From a virus (lineage: Duplodnaviria > Heunggongvirae > Uroviricota > Caudoviricetes): a DNA stretch of 64,000 nt. Positions within the stretch are counted from its first letter, which is position 1. Every line of letters begins with the position of its first letter. A program made the translations under genes and the position numbers. The DNA lies in the IMG/VR virus record IMGVR_UViG_3300016476_001281, one strand, 5' to 3'. Below are positions 29,401 to 39,641 of the stretch, piece by piece. The notes below the pieces were generated by a model. That model was given only the letters and a program-made list of their open reading frames with translations. It was not told the DNA's origin and made no database searches.

Positions 29401-30697
29401 CAACTAATTGATTGTTTTTAATCTCACCAAAGTTTTGATTAAAATCAGAGTATGTCATACCTGTAAAATCAAAATCTGATATTATCTTATATTTAGTAAC
29501 AATAACATCACCATAATTCTCAACTGCAGATTTTGTATTTGTAGTTAAATCTTTAGTATTAACTATCTTTACTGTAGATGCTTTCTTAGATGAACTAAAA
29601 CCTAAGTCTCTTTCCATTCTATAGTCAGATGTATTACCTTTAGTATTTTTAATCTTAATTAATTGATTAGTAATGGTTTCAGTATATTGTTCTACTTTGT
29701 AGTATTTACCTTTATACTCTATATAAAAAGGTTTTTTATCTGTCCATATTTCAGTAAAAGGATAATCTTCACTTTCAGAGTATATAACATTATCTACAAT
29801 TTTAATATCACTTTTCAAAGGAACTGGAATATAAGATGATATTGTAGTTACTAACTCTAAATCATCTAAATAAAATCCATAATATCTATTTATAGACCAT
29901 TTTCTTTTTTGTTCTGGTGTAGAAGGTGTATCATCAAATAAGAATGATAAATTAAGTATATTAGGAAAAACAACTTTATTATTTTTGTATGAATCAAATA
30001 CAAACTTCTCAAGTTCAAATATTTCTTTCTCTTCATCTAAAATATCATCAATAAATAATGACTTAGATGTATAACCACCATTTTGATAATCTATACCATT
30101 CCATCTACAAAACTCAAGACTTCTAAAGTCAATTTCAAGTGGTGCATCTGGAAAATACTTATTATCAATAAAATTAGTATGTAACCATTCACCTAATACA
30201 CTTTCTTTAGTTAAGTCAAATAACTTAACAGTTTTTAATTTCTTAATTATCTCTGTTTTAAAATTAACAGGAGTTAGTGTTCCAATACCTGGTCCATCTA
30301 CTCTAAATATAATAAAATTCTTTGGAAGGCCTGTTTTAGTAATATAAAGAGGTGCAAAGTATTCATACTCTTCTGAGTAGTTTTTATTATCTATAATATT
30401 TCTTGCACCATAGTTATACAACTCATCATACTGATAAGCAAAATCATTTGACATTGTTTCTACATCATTCTCATATTTTATACTATATGCTGTCTCTGCT
30501 GGTAAATCTTTATAAAAATAAGGTATTAACTCATCATAATAATTACTCTTATTAAATGAGATTTTTTTAAATTTATCAAAAGATAAATTCATATTTGAAT
30601 CAATACTATCTAAACTTAACTTGTAGTTAGTATCAATCATTATTTTTATATTAGTTGTTAAACCAACATTGGTTCTTAATATGGCAAATGATTTCAA
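26462..30697 (-). CDS. giant virion structural protein
   Basis: 1411 aa, rich in N, Y, S and T, in the same minus-strand operon as ORF 30707..33907. Confidence 0.45.
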   Translation of the reverse strand: MKSFAILRTNVGLTTNIKIMIDTNYKLSLDSIDSNMNLSFDKFKKISFNKSNYYDELIPYFYKDLPAETAYSIKYENDVETMSNDFAYQYDELYNYGARNIIDNKNYSEEYEYFAPLYITKTGLPKNFIIFRVDGPGIGTLTPVNFKTEIIKKLKTVKLFDLTKESVLGEWLHTNFIDNKYFPDAPLEIDFRSLEFCRWNGIDYQNGGYTSKSLFIDDILDEEKEIFELEKFVFDSYKNNKVVFPNILNLSFLFDDTPSTPEQKRKWSINRYYGFYLDDLELVTTISSYIPVPLKSDIKIVDNVIYSESEDYPFTEIWTDKKPFYIEYKGKYYKVEQYTETITNQLIKIKNTKGNTSDYRMERDLGFSSSKKASTVKIVNTKDLTTNTKSAVENYGDVIVTKYKIISDFDFTGMTYSDFNQNFGEIKNNQLVDMSSNPVVIDEFEDADIWLINIDGVYHNLIGSTNSIYVNSDYSFQFNENSYTYKVNGIEKTVNTIVDFNNPPTIFNIYKLKLTDIKDFDDRLVDTEYSKYEYEKLTELTNTDETKMYFEDLTSKNDPRDLDDFVYKNEVVKIPVSSEYTANYETFKIDDTTGNLSEIWRKNPVYCRFGFQNSISGNDMPYLLNNSLIFEDYNRTTNVFDIHPKRIERNLDYFYTINSATSSYLHHTLHVENFNDDNSIDTTFKFDLEKYLNVGTYSYDYFSYFFSKQTQFLNGDIKKNTKKYSYFNVGDDSVPNHSLFRGIRFEIYKVEGVNLNSNNQIDKINISSNNDFEDYKLSVLLSDNDWSVTNTGSLTQSSNNLEWDIIDEWKMDKSYPSGSFVVFDDILYQNLTSGNLGPCGPTIDGILSCPNNQGWTIYNDIDNPTIFWSGDSNMPHVYNSGEYWERTTIEGGIDFWLPPTNSTTNYGTGSIVMYNNKVYISNTSDNKYHPYQNKWVDIETIKPFVYENTYSKNEVVYNTGEDFYYISLTDNNKENQITNTLVWEKTESTIPTNDSFNWKIVEIWNPTKKYNPLSYIVHNNVLYKNTTFINGIIDTIDIVELSRPSIIFTEILPGLEPGVFAGWERQYSLVPDTNFNYGVDKNPIILLNDKYYKATNFSNSSTLDNGIIIYINKKWKNILVNINISDNTYTNVASTNRDDLYNELYKKLTATNFISAINDITNKYGFTDYVSYVVIDEDNTIKKYSYTNNIVDLPYIIKCEGPDSLDVKIQSLLKRPIYLPNTLNPVNKLEKGKILNINQLNYYNDNPVGVNIIENQFAPKVTENYHGSKNILKDTIYRFSGYYMPLFYDIELFKRDYEYKKVGNYLFDTTLTNFGIIKERKVRKINRKGSILKLKDNEDEKSIYPMLDEFGYSIYDFLIFSSTWDLKYYLETSLSKSNKDYLDKYTIDENVVNNNNIVIPITIPTNIGPSN

Positions 30698-30706
30698 TAT
30701 GATTTA

Positions 30707-33700
30707 TTATTTTTTACTTGTTGATGAGTAATCATCTATATAAGCAGGTCCACCACCTATATTATTGAATTTTCTAACTGCAACTTTATTTCTATTTAAG
30801 TTAAATTTAAGTGTAAATGTAAATGGTCTATTTTCAGATTCATTCTCTACAAAGAACTTTAATTTCTTAACATGTTTAACTGTTTGAGTTGAATTATTCA
30901 AATCAATATATTGATAGTTTAATCCATTTTGACTACTATCCAATGAGTTCATTTTGAAGTAAATATTCAAAGGAACTATTATAGAGTTTTTATCACCTGC
31001 TGCAACTGTGTGAATTTTATCACTATTTACTTCTTGAATACTTTCAAGGTCTTTAACAACTGGATGTATTGTTGTTAAGAACTTAGTTGTTGATGCAACT
31101 GATACTGTAGTATCATTCCATTTTGTAGGATCTAATAATGATTTATTATTACCAATAAATGCCAATATTGATGCCTCATTATATCCAAGGTTATATTCTG
31201 TAGATGATAATACACTTGTAACTGAGTTTGAGTTATCTACATTAAATGAATTACCAATATTCTCAGATAATTTGGAAACTGTTGTTTGTGTAACAGAGTC
31301 ATAATTAACCATCCAAATAAATTGATTATCAAGTTGAGTTCTTGTTTGACCACTTACATCAACTGTTTTTAATTCATCTTGGTTATTTACCCAGAAAGTT
31401 TGTGGTGCAGTTGAGTTATAAACTGTTCCACTGCCATCAACATAATTTCTATTTGATAATAATCCAAGAACTGACTCAGTAGCCTTATTTCTAAACTTAA
31501 CAACAAAGTCTTTAATAACATAGATATTGTTTTGATAAACTCTACCTGTTGGAACTCCTGTTGCAGTATATGTATCTAAATAATCTTCACATTCAACATT
31601 GAATGTAGTTTCAGAACCATTTGATATAACAAACTCTTGATTATTTCTAAGTACAATAATTTCGAGTTCACCTTTAGCTCTTTTGATTTTCTCTTCTAAT
31701 GCAGTAATTCTATCAGTTAGTGATTTTATATAAGTATATAAGTCTAATGAAACTCCATTCTCATCTTGAAATCCTGAAAGAACTTTCTTAGCTTCATGAT
31801 GATAAGTAACATTATTAACAGTTACTGTATCTGATAAATGTTCATCTAAACCTTTAGCTGATAACTCAGCATTCATACTTGTTTTTAAGTCTTCCTTAGT
31901 AGCTTCTCTTAATATAAAATCTGTTTCATTAAGAACTGTATTTAAGTCATCTGGGAAATCCACTGTCAATATATCTGACCAATCTGATTCAATTGGTGCT
32001 TCTGGCCAACCTACTTCTGATATTGATTTAATTCTAAACTCAATTCTTTCATTAGGTAAAATAGGTAAATCAATTTGATTTATATTAGGTGTATCAGCTG
32101 ATGTTACATCTTCAATTTCCCAAGTGTATTCACCAGTAGTACTATTATAAACTCTTTTTCTTGCATCTGTTTTATATTCAGTCCAGTTAGAGAAAGCAGC
32201 CTTACTTTGAGAATCTGTAATTGAATAAGTTTCAACTGGTGATTCTTTACCATCTTTACTTACTTTTCTATATTGAACTCTAAATTGTACAATCTCTTGA
32301 GGTCTTGTTCCTGTTGTAATAACAGCAGAAGGAATATTCCAGAAACCTCTTACATTAAATTGTGGGTTAACTTTAGTTTTAGGGTCTTTAGAAAGATCAA
32401 TAATCTCTTGAGTTACTGATGCAAGTAATTTACTTTTACTATCTTTTTTAGATACTAATCCTTCAATCTCTAATTCTGCTTGTTTCTTAGCAGATGCAGA
32501 TTTATATTTAGTAAACTTAGCTGATTTATTTCTTGATAAAATTGCTTCTTGTATTTGTTGTATCTCTGACTTTAATGATAACTGATAGTTATGTTTTTGT
32601 TTAACTAAGTTAGAATCTGGAGAATCAGTAAGGTGTTTATTAATTTGAACAACCTTGAAGTTATCACCACTTAATGCAGGTGCAACTGGAGTACCACCTA
32701 ATACATTGGGAGTTTTCTTAGCTACTAAATCTTGTAACACAACACCATAATCATAAACATAATCAATATAGAATTGTTCCATTGATAAACCATTTGCAGT
32801 AGAAGTTGAATCTAATCTTAAATCATTTGTATAATAACCTGTACCTAAACTCCATTTCTTTGCAACTAAATGATTATCAGTATTGATTGGTTTAATAAAA
32901 AGAACATTTCTTTCATTGTACCCAACACTCACTCTACATTTCTTAGTATAAATTACATCAGAGTAGATTTTTAATGTACCAATACCAACTGGAATTGGTT
33001 CAATACCTTCTAATCTTTCTACTCTAACTCTTGGGTTACTTTCCACTGTAGAAACTTCTATAACTTTATATTTAGTAGATGATTTAGCAGTATTGATAAT
33101 TAATTCATCACCAACTGCTAATTGTTTAGTTTGACCTGCATCAACTACTAAATATTCAAGTGTATCTAATACATACCAAAGTTTTCTATTTAATCTATCC
33201 TCTTGTATTCTTAATACACTGAATTGACCATCATATAATAAGTTATTAGGTTCTAAATCAAAAATCTGTTCATCAAATTTAGGATTAATTGCATTTAAAA
33301 CACCTGTAGTAGTTTTATGCCAGTTTTCAAATTCAGAAATAATAATATTAGCATTTCCTCTAAATAATTCATTATATGAATTTAAAGCAGATTGACCATT
33401 AGTAGTTAATGAACCATCAGCATTTTTCTCAAAATCAACAATATATCTTCTTACTAAACATTTTCTTACATTATCTTCAATTTTATTTGAAAGGTCTAAC
33501 TCAACAGAAACCATTGGATCCATTAAAGAATCAAAGAACCAGTTTGGACTTGACTTAAATGTAGATATAAAACCAATACTACTTATAGGAGTAGGGTCTC
33601 TATTCAAATCTACAGTAACTAACTTTTTGTATTTATTTTGTGTAGTTGTTTGAATTAAAGAACCAGTACTATCAACACTATATAGTGAATTTATATTATT

Positions 33701-33907
33701 ATTCAATCTATCAATCTCACCTTTCAATGAAGTGAAAGAAGGCATAGTAAAGTTTCTTAATATACCATTCTCATCATATATTTGAAGATTAACTGATGAT
33801 TCTGTAGTAGTTGTTAGAGAACTAATTTTAGATAGTATCTCAACTATGTTTTTATTGTAAGTTATTATTTGGTCTGCTACCTTTGGAAATGAACTTTGAA
33901 TTGCCAT
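30707..33907 (-). CDS. giant virion structural protein
   Basis: 1066 aa with a central predicted coiled-coil segment (LTDRITALEEKIKRAKGELE). Confidence 0.45.
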   Translation of the reverse strand: MAIQSSFPKVADQIITYNKNIVEILSKISSLTTTTESSVNLQIYDENGILRNFTMPSFTSLKGEIDRLNNNINSLYSVDSTGSLIQTTTQNKYKKLVTVDLNRDPTPISSIGFISTFKSSPNWFFDSLMDPMVSVELDLSNKIEDNVRKCLVRRYIVDFEKNADGSLTTNGQSALNSYNELFRGNANIIISEFENWHKTTTGVLNAINPKFDEQIFDLEPNNLLYDGQFSVLRIQEDRLNRKLWYVLDTLEYLVVDAGQTKQLAVGDELIINTAKSSTKYKVIEVSTVESNPRVRVERLEGIEPIPVGIGTLKIYSDVIYTKKCRVSVGYNERNVLFIKPINTDNHLVAKKWSLGTGYYTNDLRLDSTSTANGLSMEQFYIDYVYDYGVVLQDLVAKKTPNVLGGTPVAPALSGDNFKVVQINKHLTDSPDSNLVKQKHNYQLSLKSEIQQIQEAILSRNKSAKFTKYKSASAKKQAELEIEGLVSKKDSKSKLLASVTQEIIDLSKDPKTKVNPQFNVRGFWNIPSAVITTGTRPQEIVQFRVQYRKVSKDGKESPVETYSITDSQSKAAFSNWTEYKTDARKRVYNSTTGEYTWEIEDVTSADTPNINQIDLPILPNERIEFRIKSISEVGWPEAPIESDWSDILTVDFPDDLNTVLNETDFILREATKEDLKTSMNAELSAKGLDEHLSDTVTVNNVTYHHEAKKVLSGFQDENGVSLDLYTYIKSLTDRITALEEKIKRAKGELEIIVLRNNQEFVISNGSETTFNVECEDYLDTYTATGVPTGRVYQNNIYVIKDFVVKFRNKATESVLGLLSNRNYVDGSGTVYNSTAPQTFWVNNQDELKTVDVSGQTRTQLDNQFIWMVNYDSVTQTTVSKLSENIGNSFNVDNSNSVTSVLSSTEYNLGYNEASILAFIGNNKSLLDPTKWNDTTVSVASTTKFLTTIHPVVKDLESIQEVNSDKIHTVAAGDKNSIIVPLNIYFKMNSLDSSQNGLNYQYIDLNNSTQTVKHVKKLKFFVENESENRPFTFTLKFNLNRNKVAVRKFNNIGGGPAYIDDYSSTSKK

Positions 33908-33979
33908 TATTCTAAAATGATTTTTTATTATATATTAATTTTTGTTTATTCTTTAAGTTTTATTTTGTATATTTGTGTA

Positions 33980-34225
33980 ATGAAAATATATGATGTAACA
34001 TTTAATGATGGTGGCTGGTATAGTTCCGGTGGTAGACCAAGTTTTAGAGTGGTTGCTGAAAACAAACAAGCAGCTATTGATAAAGTATTAGAAGAACATC
34101 CTTCTTATAAAACAGGATATGATGTTTGGGCAACTGAGTTCAAAATAGAAGGATATGTCATAAAAGTTTATGACAAGAAAACATACAAAAGAGATAAAAA
34201 ATTAAATAAACTATTAGATAAATAA
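33980..34225 (+). CDS. hypothetical protein
   Basis: Internal ATG chosen as start (MKIYDVTFNDGGWY). Preceded by a TATATTTG -7 box. Confidence 0.4.
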   Translation: MKIYDVTFNDGGWYSSGGRPSFRVVAENKQAAIDKVLEEHPSYKTGYDVWATEFKIEGYVIKVYDKKTYKRDKKLNKLLDK

Positions 34226-34227
34226 TT

Positions 34228-34545
34228 ATGGGATTAGATATTAAAAGAAACAAAGCTGGGTTATATAAAGTTAAAAGTACTATCTCTGATGAAAAGTTAG
34301 GTAAATATATGACTGAGGATGAAATTAAAAAAATGTTAATTGAAAGAGCTTACTTCAAATTTGTTGAAGAAGTAATTAAAATTGACTTAGAATTTCCAAG
34401 TGGATATTACATAAATGATAAGATACAAATTGTAGAAGATAAACATTGTGCAGGTGGTCAGTTTATTCTATCTAATTGGAATAAAGAAAATGTAATCGAA
34501 GATAAATACAAAGAAATTTGTAACAGACTTCAAATTGAATTGTAA
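34228..34545 (+). CDS. hypothetical protein
   Basis: 105-aa ORF. Confidence 0.4.
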   Translation: MGLDIKRNKAGLYKVKSTISDEKLGKYMTEDEIKKMLIERAYFKFVEEVIKIDLEFPSGYYINDKIQIVEDKHCAGGQFILSNWNKENVIEDKYKEICNRLQIEL

Positions 34546-34775
34546 TGTTTAAAGTTGGTGATAAAGTAATAGTTACTAAAAGTATAAGTAAAATCTATAA
34601 TGAGAAAGCAGTTGTAACTCATATAGGAGAAAGGTTCTATAGAGTTTGTAGGTCTGAAAATAAAGATGATAGACATGATGATTATTGTAATATATTTTAC
34701 AATCATAGTGGTGAGAGTATTGAATTAGATTTACAAGAAATTAGAAATGATAAACTAAAAAATTTGGGTATATAG
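34545..34775 (+). CDS. hypothetical protein
   Basis: 76-aa ORF. Confidence 0.35.
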   Translation: MFKVGDKVIVTKSISKIYNEKAVVTHIGERFYRVCRSENKDDRHDDYCNIFYNHSGESIELDLQEIRNDKLKNLGI

Positions 34776-34794
34776 TAAAATAGTTGTATATTTG
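34763..34794 (+). promoter_or_regulatory. Bacteroidetes-type sigma-A promoter (-33 TTTG / -7 TATATTTG)
   Basis: TTTG at 34763-34766 and TATATTTG at 34787-34794 are separated by 20 nt. The ligA ATG is at 34810. Confidence 0.5.
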
Positions 34795-34809
34795 TAAAAA
34801 ATAAAAAGT

Positions 34810-36684
34810 ATGATAGATAGAATTGTAGCAAAATTAGAAGAAGCAAACTTGGCATATAGAACTGGTAATTCAATTATGTCTGATAAAGAATATGATGAAA
34901 TGGTTGATTTACTTTATTCTTATGATCCTGAGAATGAATTTTTCTCTAAAGTAGGTTTAGAAGTAATTGATGAAACAAGAAAATCTAAATTACCAATTGA
35001 CATGGCTTCTATGAATAAAATCAAAACCATGGAAGAAATTCATAGTTGGCTAAGATTAAAAGGTATTAATCCAAATACTGAACTTGTTGCTACACCTAAG
35101 TTTGATGGTCTTTCTTTATGTCAAGATGAAATCAATACTGGTACTTGGACCAGAGGTGATGGTACTTATGGCCAAAAGTCAGATGAACACTACAAACTAA
35201 TTCAAAATCATTTATATGAAGATATATATGAAAATGGTAATCCATTTGGTCCTATAGAATTTTCATATACTTATGGTGAAGTTATTATGCCTAAGAAAAC
35301 ATTTTTAGAGAAATACTCTTTAGATGCAGGTACTGGTGACTTTGCAAATCCTAGAAACTTGGTTGCAGGTTTACTTAACTCAAAAGAAGTAACTGAACCA
35401 TTAAAAGATTGTCAATACATTAAATATGGTGGTATTCCAAATGAAGGTATTACATTCTCTACAAAATCAGAAATCCTTGATGCTTTAAATTATAGCCAAA
35501 GAGTTGGTGTTAATTATCATGTTTGTAAGGCAAATGAACTTACAGAAGAATTACTTATTGATTTATTCCACCAATGGTCAGTTGACTATGAAATTGATGG
35601 TATTATTCTTGAAGTAAATGATTTGTCATTACAGGATAGTTTAGGTCGTGAAACATCTTCAAATAATCCTTGTTGGGCAAGAGCATTCAAACATGATAGT
35701 TTTGAACAAAGAGCTGAAACTACAATCTTGGCAATTGAAGATAATATCTCAAAACAAGGTTTAATCAAACCTGTGGCTATTATTGAACCTATTAAATTAG
35801 ATGGTGTAACTGTTTCAAGATGTACACTTAACAACTATAAGTTTGTTAAAGAAAATGGTTTAGGAGTTGGTGCAAAAGTTGTTATCAAAAGAAGTGGTAT
35901 GGTTATTCCTAAAATTGTTGAAGTTTTAGAATCTGTTGATTTTGTTATGCCTACTATTGAAGGTGTTGAGATTGGATGGAATGAAGCAGGTGTAGAGTTA
36001 ATTACTTTAACTGAAACTGATGAACAAAAATTAAAACAAATTGTTGCTTTCTTTGAAATTTTAGAAGCAGACAATGTTGGTGAAGGTGTTATCACTCAAT
36101 TATGGGATGCTGGTTTCAAAACTATTGAATCAGTATTAAAAGCAACTAAAGCTGACTTAGAATCAATTGATCGTTTTGGTAAAAGAAAAGCAACTATTGT
36201 TTTTGACTCTATTAGAAAAGCAACTACAAATGTTGAGTTATCTAAATTACAACATGCTACAGGTTTCTTCAAAGGACTTGGTAGTAAAAAATTGGCTCTT
36301 TTAGAGTTTGATGAAAAACCTACATTAGAACAAGTTATGTCAATTGAAGGATTTGCTGAGATTTCTGCTAAATCTTACTTGGATAGTTATGATAAATTTT
36401 ATACTTTTATCAAAGAATTACCAATCACTATTGCTGAAAAAGTAGAAGCTGTACAAGTTGGTGATGATTTAGTAGGCAAGTCATTTGTATTCACTGGAGT
36501 AAGAAGAGCAGACTTAGAAGAAGTTATTACTTCAAGAGGTGGTAAAATTGGTTCATCTGTATCAAAAACAACTACTCACCTTGTAATGAAAGCTAAAGGT
36601 TCTGGTTCAAGTAAAGAAACAAAAGCAATCAGTTTAGGAGTAACAATTCTTACTGTTGCTGAATTAGAAGATATGTTAAAATAA
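34810..36684 (+). CDS. ligA: NAD-dependent DNA ligase
   Basis: Adenylation motif KxDG (ATPKFDGLSL). The length and domain order fit LigA, and the C-terminus is BRCT-like (GKSFVFTGV...). Confidence 0.9.
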   Translation: MIDRIVAKLEEANLAYRTGNSIMSDKEYDEMVDLLYSYDPENEFFSKVGLEVIDETRKSKLPIDMASMNKIKTMEEIHSWLRLKGINPNTELVATPKFDGLSLCQDEINTGTWTRGDGTYGQKSDEHYKLIQNHLYEDIYENGNPFGPIEFSYTYGEVIMPKKTFLEKYSLDAGTGDFANPRNLVAGLLNSKEVTEPLKDCQYIKYGGIPNEGITFSTKSEILDALNYSQRVGVNYHVCKANELTEELLIDLFHQWSVDYEIDGIILEVNDLSLQDSLGRETSSNNPCWARAFKHDSFEQRAETTILAIEDNISKQGLIKPVAIIEPIKLDGVTVSRCTLNNYKFVKENGLGVGAKVVIKRSGMVIPKIVEVLESVDFVMPTIEGVEIGWNEAGVELITLTETDEQKLKQIVAFFEILEADNVGEGVITQLWDAGFKTIESVLKATKADLESIDRFGKRKATIVFDSIRKATTNVELSKLQHATGFFKGLGSKKLALLEFDEKPTLEQVMSIEGFAEISAKSYLDSYDKFYTFIKELPITIAEKVEAVQVGDDLVGKSFVFTGVRRADLEEVITSRGGKIGSSVSKTTTHLVMKAKGSGSSKETKAISLGVTILTVAELEDMLK

Positions 36685-37016
36685 TGTATAAAATAATGGA
36701 TAAACAAAAGAGTGCATTTTATAATGGTATAACATTTGTTGATATTGATGAACAAATTAATTTACCAACAGATTTTGAAACAGATAGAATACCCAATAAA
36801 GGTGATGTAATGAGTTTCAAAAGTATCATTGGTAATGATACAACTTATCATCACTGTGTTGTTTTATATGTATATGATCAAAGAACTATTTTATCTCAAC
36901 CTATTGAAGATGGTGAAATTTTCTCAACATCAATATATGTAGTTACTAAGAAAATTGAACCTGAATTAGGTGAACTAACATGGAAATCTGTATTAAATAA
37001 TCTAAATTGGTTATAA
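36684..37016 (+). CDS. hypothetical protein
   Basis: 110-aa ORF. Confidence 0.4.
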   Translation: MYKIMDKQKSAFYNGITFVDIDEQINLPTDFETDRIPNKGDVMSFKSIIGNDTTYHHCVVLYVYDQRTILSQPIEDGEIFSTSIYVVTKKIEPELGELTWKSVLNNLNWL

Positions 37017-37017
37017 T

Positions 37018-37320
37018 ATGAATGAAGAGTTAGAATTACACTTGGATAATATGATTCAGAATATGAAAGAAATGACTGAAATTCTTAAAAGATATAATGA
37101 TAATCATAGAGGTGAAGATTTTGGTACAGTCAGATTTTATAAAGGTGTTGAAGATGGTATCTTAGATAACATGATTAATGCAGATGAAAAACAATTTAAT
37201 ACTATAATGACTGCTTATAAGTTTAGATACTATAAGGAGTTTAATACAGATAAAGAAGCACTCAGAAATGAGGTAACAAGAAGAATTAGAGAAAAAAAGT
37301 TAAATAAATTAATAGATTAA
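37018..37320 (+). CDS. hypothetical protein
   Basis: 100-aa ORF. Confidence 0.4.
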   Translation: MNEELELHLDNMIQNMKEMTEILKRYNDNHRGEDFGTVRFYKGVEDGILDNMINADEKQFNTIMTAYKFRYYKEFNTDKEALRNEVTRRIREKKLNKLID

Positions 37321-37324
37321 AATT

Positions 37325-37738
37325 ATGTGGGCATTCATAGGAGGATTTTTAATAGGTGGATTATTGATAGGACTATTAGGATTTTTTATTGGTAGATCTG
37401 GTGAAGAAAAGGATTCAAACAAAGAGGAAACCAAAAAAGATGAAGTTAAATATCTTAGAAGAGGTATTTGGGAAAATACTTATAGTGCAGGTTCAGGTGA
37501 TAAAAAGAAGGACTTTGAAGTACAATTTGAATTAGGTGAGATTGAATCAACTTCAACTAAGTCTAAAGTTGTTGTTATATCATTATCATGTTCAAAGTCA
37601 GAGTATAATGATAAGGTCTACAAAAAGAAATTAAGTGAAATGGTAGATAATACTTGGATGGTATCATCAGATATTGAATGGATTGATGATACTGCCAAAG
37701 TTAGAAATGATAAAATAGATCAAATATTAAATAGTTAA
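37325..37738 (+). CDS. hypothetical membrane-anchored protein
   Basis: N-terminal TM helix (WAFIGGFLIGGLLIGLLGFFIG). Confidence 0.4.
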   Translation: MWAFIGGFLIGGLLIGLLGFFIGRSGEEKDSNKEETKKDEVKYLRRGIWENTYSAGSGDKKKDFEVQFELGEIESTSTKSKVVVISLSCSKSEYNDKVYKKKLSEMVDNTWMVSSDIEWIDDTAKVRNDKIDQILNS

Positions 37739-37739
37739 G

Positions 37740-38315
37740 ATGATAAGTAAAGAAATTTTTAAATTAGAAAAAGAACAGGAAGATTTTACAAAAATGTTCT
37801 ACAATGGTAAAGTTATTAAATGTTTAGTGGCACCTTACCATACAGCTCAATACTTTGAGCAAAACCTGGAATGGGCAGATAATATTTATGTTTTTCCAGA
37901 GAACTCTATTCCAAGAGATAGGTTGGCTTCAATTATTAGCATGATTGTAAATGGACCAAAACAAGAAACTATAATCATTACAACAAGTAATGAAATTATT
38001 ACACAAATGATTGGTGATAATGTAAGAGTTTTCACTGAAGCAGGGAATATTGTACCTTGTCCTATTAAGTGTTTAATGGCTAATATTCATGACATTAGAT
38101 ACAATCTCTTAGAAAATAAAGAGTTTAAAGACGGTAAAGGTTTTAATGTTAGTAACTTTGGTGAAGGATTTGTACGGTCTTTGATTGATAAAATTAATAC
38201 TTCTGAGAAGTCAAAAGAGAACTATGACTTATTCAAAAGTAGAATTGAATTGGTTGGTGAAGATGTTATTAGAGTTGCATTAATGAACACTTTAGAAAGA
38301 AAATATGATAGATAG
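37740..38315 (+). CDS. hypothetical protein
   Basis: 191-aa ORF. Confidence 0.4.
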   Translation: MISKEIFKLEKEQEDFTKMFYNGKVIKCLVAPYHTAQYFEQNLEWADNIYVFPENSIPRDRLASIISMIVNGPKQETIIITTSNEIITQMIGDNVRVFTEAGNIVPCPIKCLMANIHDIRYNLLENKEFKDGKGFNVSNFGEGFVRSLIDKINTSEKSKENYDLFKSRIELVGEDVIRVALMNTLERKYDR

Positions 38316-39027
38316 CCAATTTTTTTATGACTGGGAAGAAAGGTCATATACTATAGAGAAATCTGTATTAGATAAAGTTAAAAGTCTTCAAGGTAAAGTT
38401 GAAGAGTCTGGCTACTATGAAGATATGGTAAAGTGGTATTTTGATGGTACTGATGAAGAACTACAAGACTTGTGGATCACAATGCAATTTTTGGCAATTA
38501 CAGCAGAGCCTAATAGTGAATTAATTACTAAGTATAATCTTACTGAGAAAAAGTATCTTGTTAACTTAATGAGACAATTATATCTTGATGCAGATACAGA
38601 TGATGATGGTGAAGAAGGTAATTGTGTAATGATGGGTTATAAAAGACCATTTGGTAATTCTCATGTTGAAGGTGATGTAAGAGAAGAGTTAGAAATCTGT
38701 GGTGTAATTGAGAAAAAAGATGAAGAAGATGAAGACTATGATGATTATTTAGATGATTATGATTATGGAATAGAAAGAGAAGTTCTAAAAGAATTTGCTA
38801 ACTTTATAATTGATTTCTTTGCTGGTGGATTTGAAGTAAGATGGTATAGTTTTGAGAAACCTAAAGAAGTTTTAGGACAAAGAAAAATACCTGACTATGA
38901 AAGCATAGAGAAATTCTATAAATCACATGGTATGGATAGAATACATTCTCATATGACAAAGTGGAAACCTGCAAAGTCAGAGTTAAGAGCAATTGTATTA
39001 GATAAATTATTAGATAATGATGTATAA
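38305..39027 (+). CDS. hypothetical acidic protein
   Basis: 240 aa with Asp/Glu-rich stretches. Confidence 0.4.
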   Translation: MIDSQFFYDWEERSYTIEKSVLDKVKSLQGKVEESGYYEDMVKWYFDGTDEELQDLWITMQFLAITAEPNSELITKYNLTEKKYLVNLMRQLYLDADTDDDGEEGNCVMMGYKRPFGNSHVEGDVREELEICGVIEKKDEEDEDYDDYLDDYDYGIEREVLKEFANFIIDFFAGGFEVRWYSFEKPKEVLGQRKIPDYESIEKFYKSHGMDRIHSHMTKWKPAKSELRAIVLDKLLDNDV

Positions 39028-39631
39028 ATTAAAAGATGGTGATATAGTTAAAATTTTACCAATAGTAAAAAAGAAAGGTGGTTTCTCAGCTGTAGAACAA
39101 CTAAATGGATTTTTTATAGGTGAGAAGATAATCTATGATACACCAGAGAACTACCTAAAAGTAGCTTTAAATAAGAAATTCTTTATTGATAATAGCACTG
39201 AATTAAATCCTTTAAGAGTTAAGATAAATAAGACTGCACTTTGTATTTTTCATGAAGGTGAAATAAAATTTACATTAGTTGGTAAAAAAATTTTAGATAT
39301 AATAGTAGCAGGATATAAATTTGATCCAAGGACTAATTATCAATTAAAAGTAAATATTGAAATGGTACAAACAGGTGTTGGTCATTTCCCATCATTTGAC
39401 AAATCTGAAATTATTCAACAAGAGTGGGATAAACCCAATATTGATATTGATAATCAAGAGGCATGGTTTGAATGGTTAAGAGCCAATCAACCATTCTATA
39501 TTGAAGATTATGTTGAAAAGAATAATGTATATAAAAACATTGATATTCTTAAAAAAGAAGGACTTAGTGATTATATACAAGAAATAATTGCAGAAAATAG
39601 AGAGAAAAAAATAAATCAAGTATTAACTTAA
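39017..39631 (+). CDS. hypothetical protein
   Basis: 204-aa ORF. Confidence 0.4.
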   Translation: MMYKLKDGDIVKILPIVKKKGGFSAVEQLNGFFIGEKIIYDTPENYLKVALNKKFFIDNSTELNPLRVKINKTALCIFHEGEIKFTLVGKKILDIIVAGYKFDPRTNYQLKVNIEMVQTGVGHFPSFDKSEIIQQEWDKPNIDIDNQEAWFEWLRANQPFYIEDYVEKNNVYKNIDILKKEGLSDYIQEIIAENREKKINQVLT

Positions 39632-39641
39632 AATTAAAAAT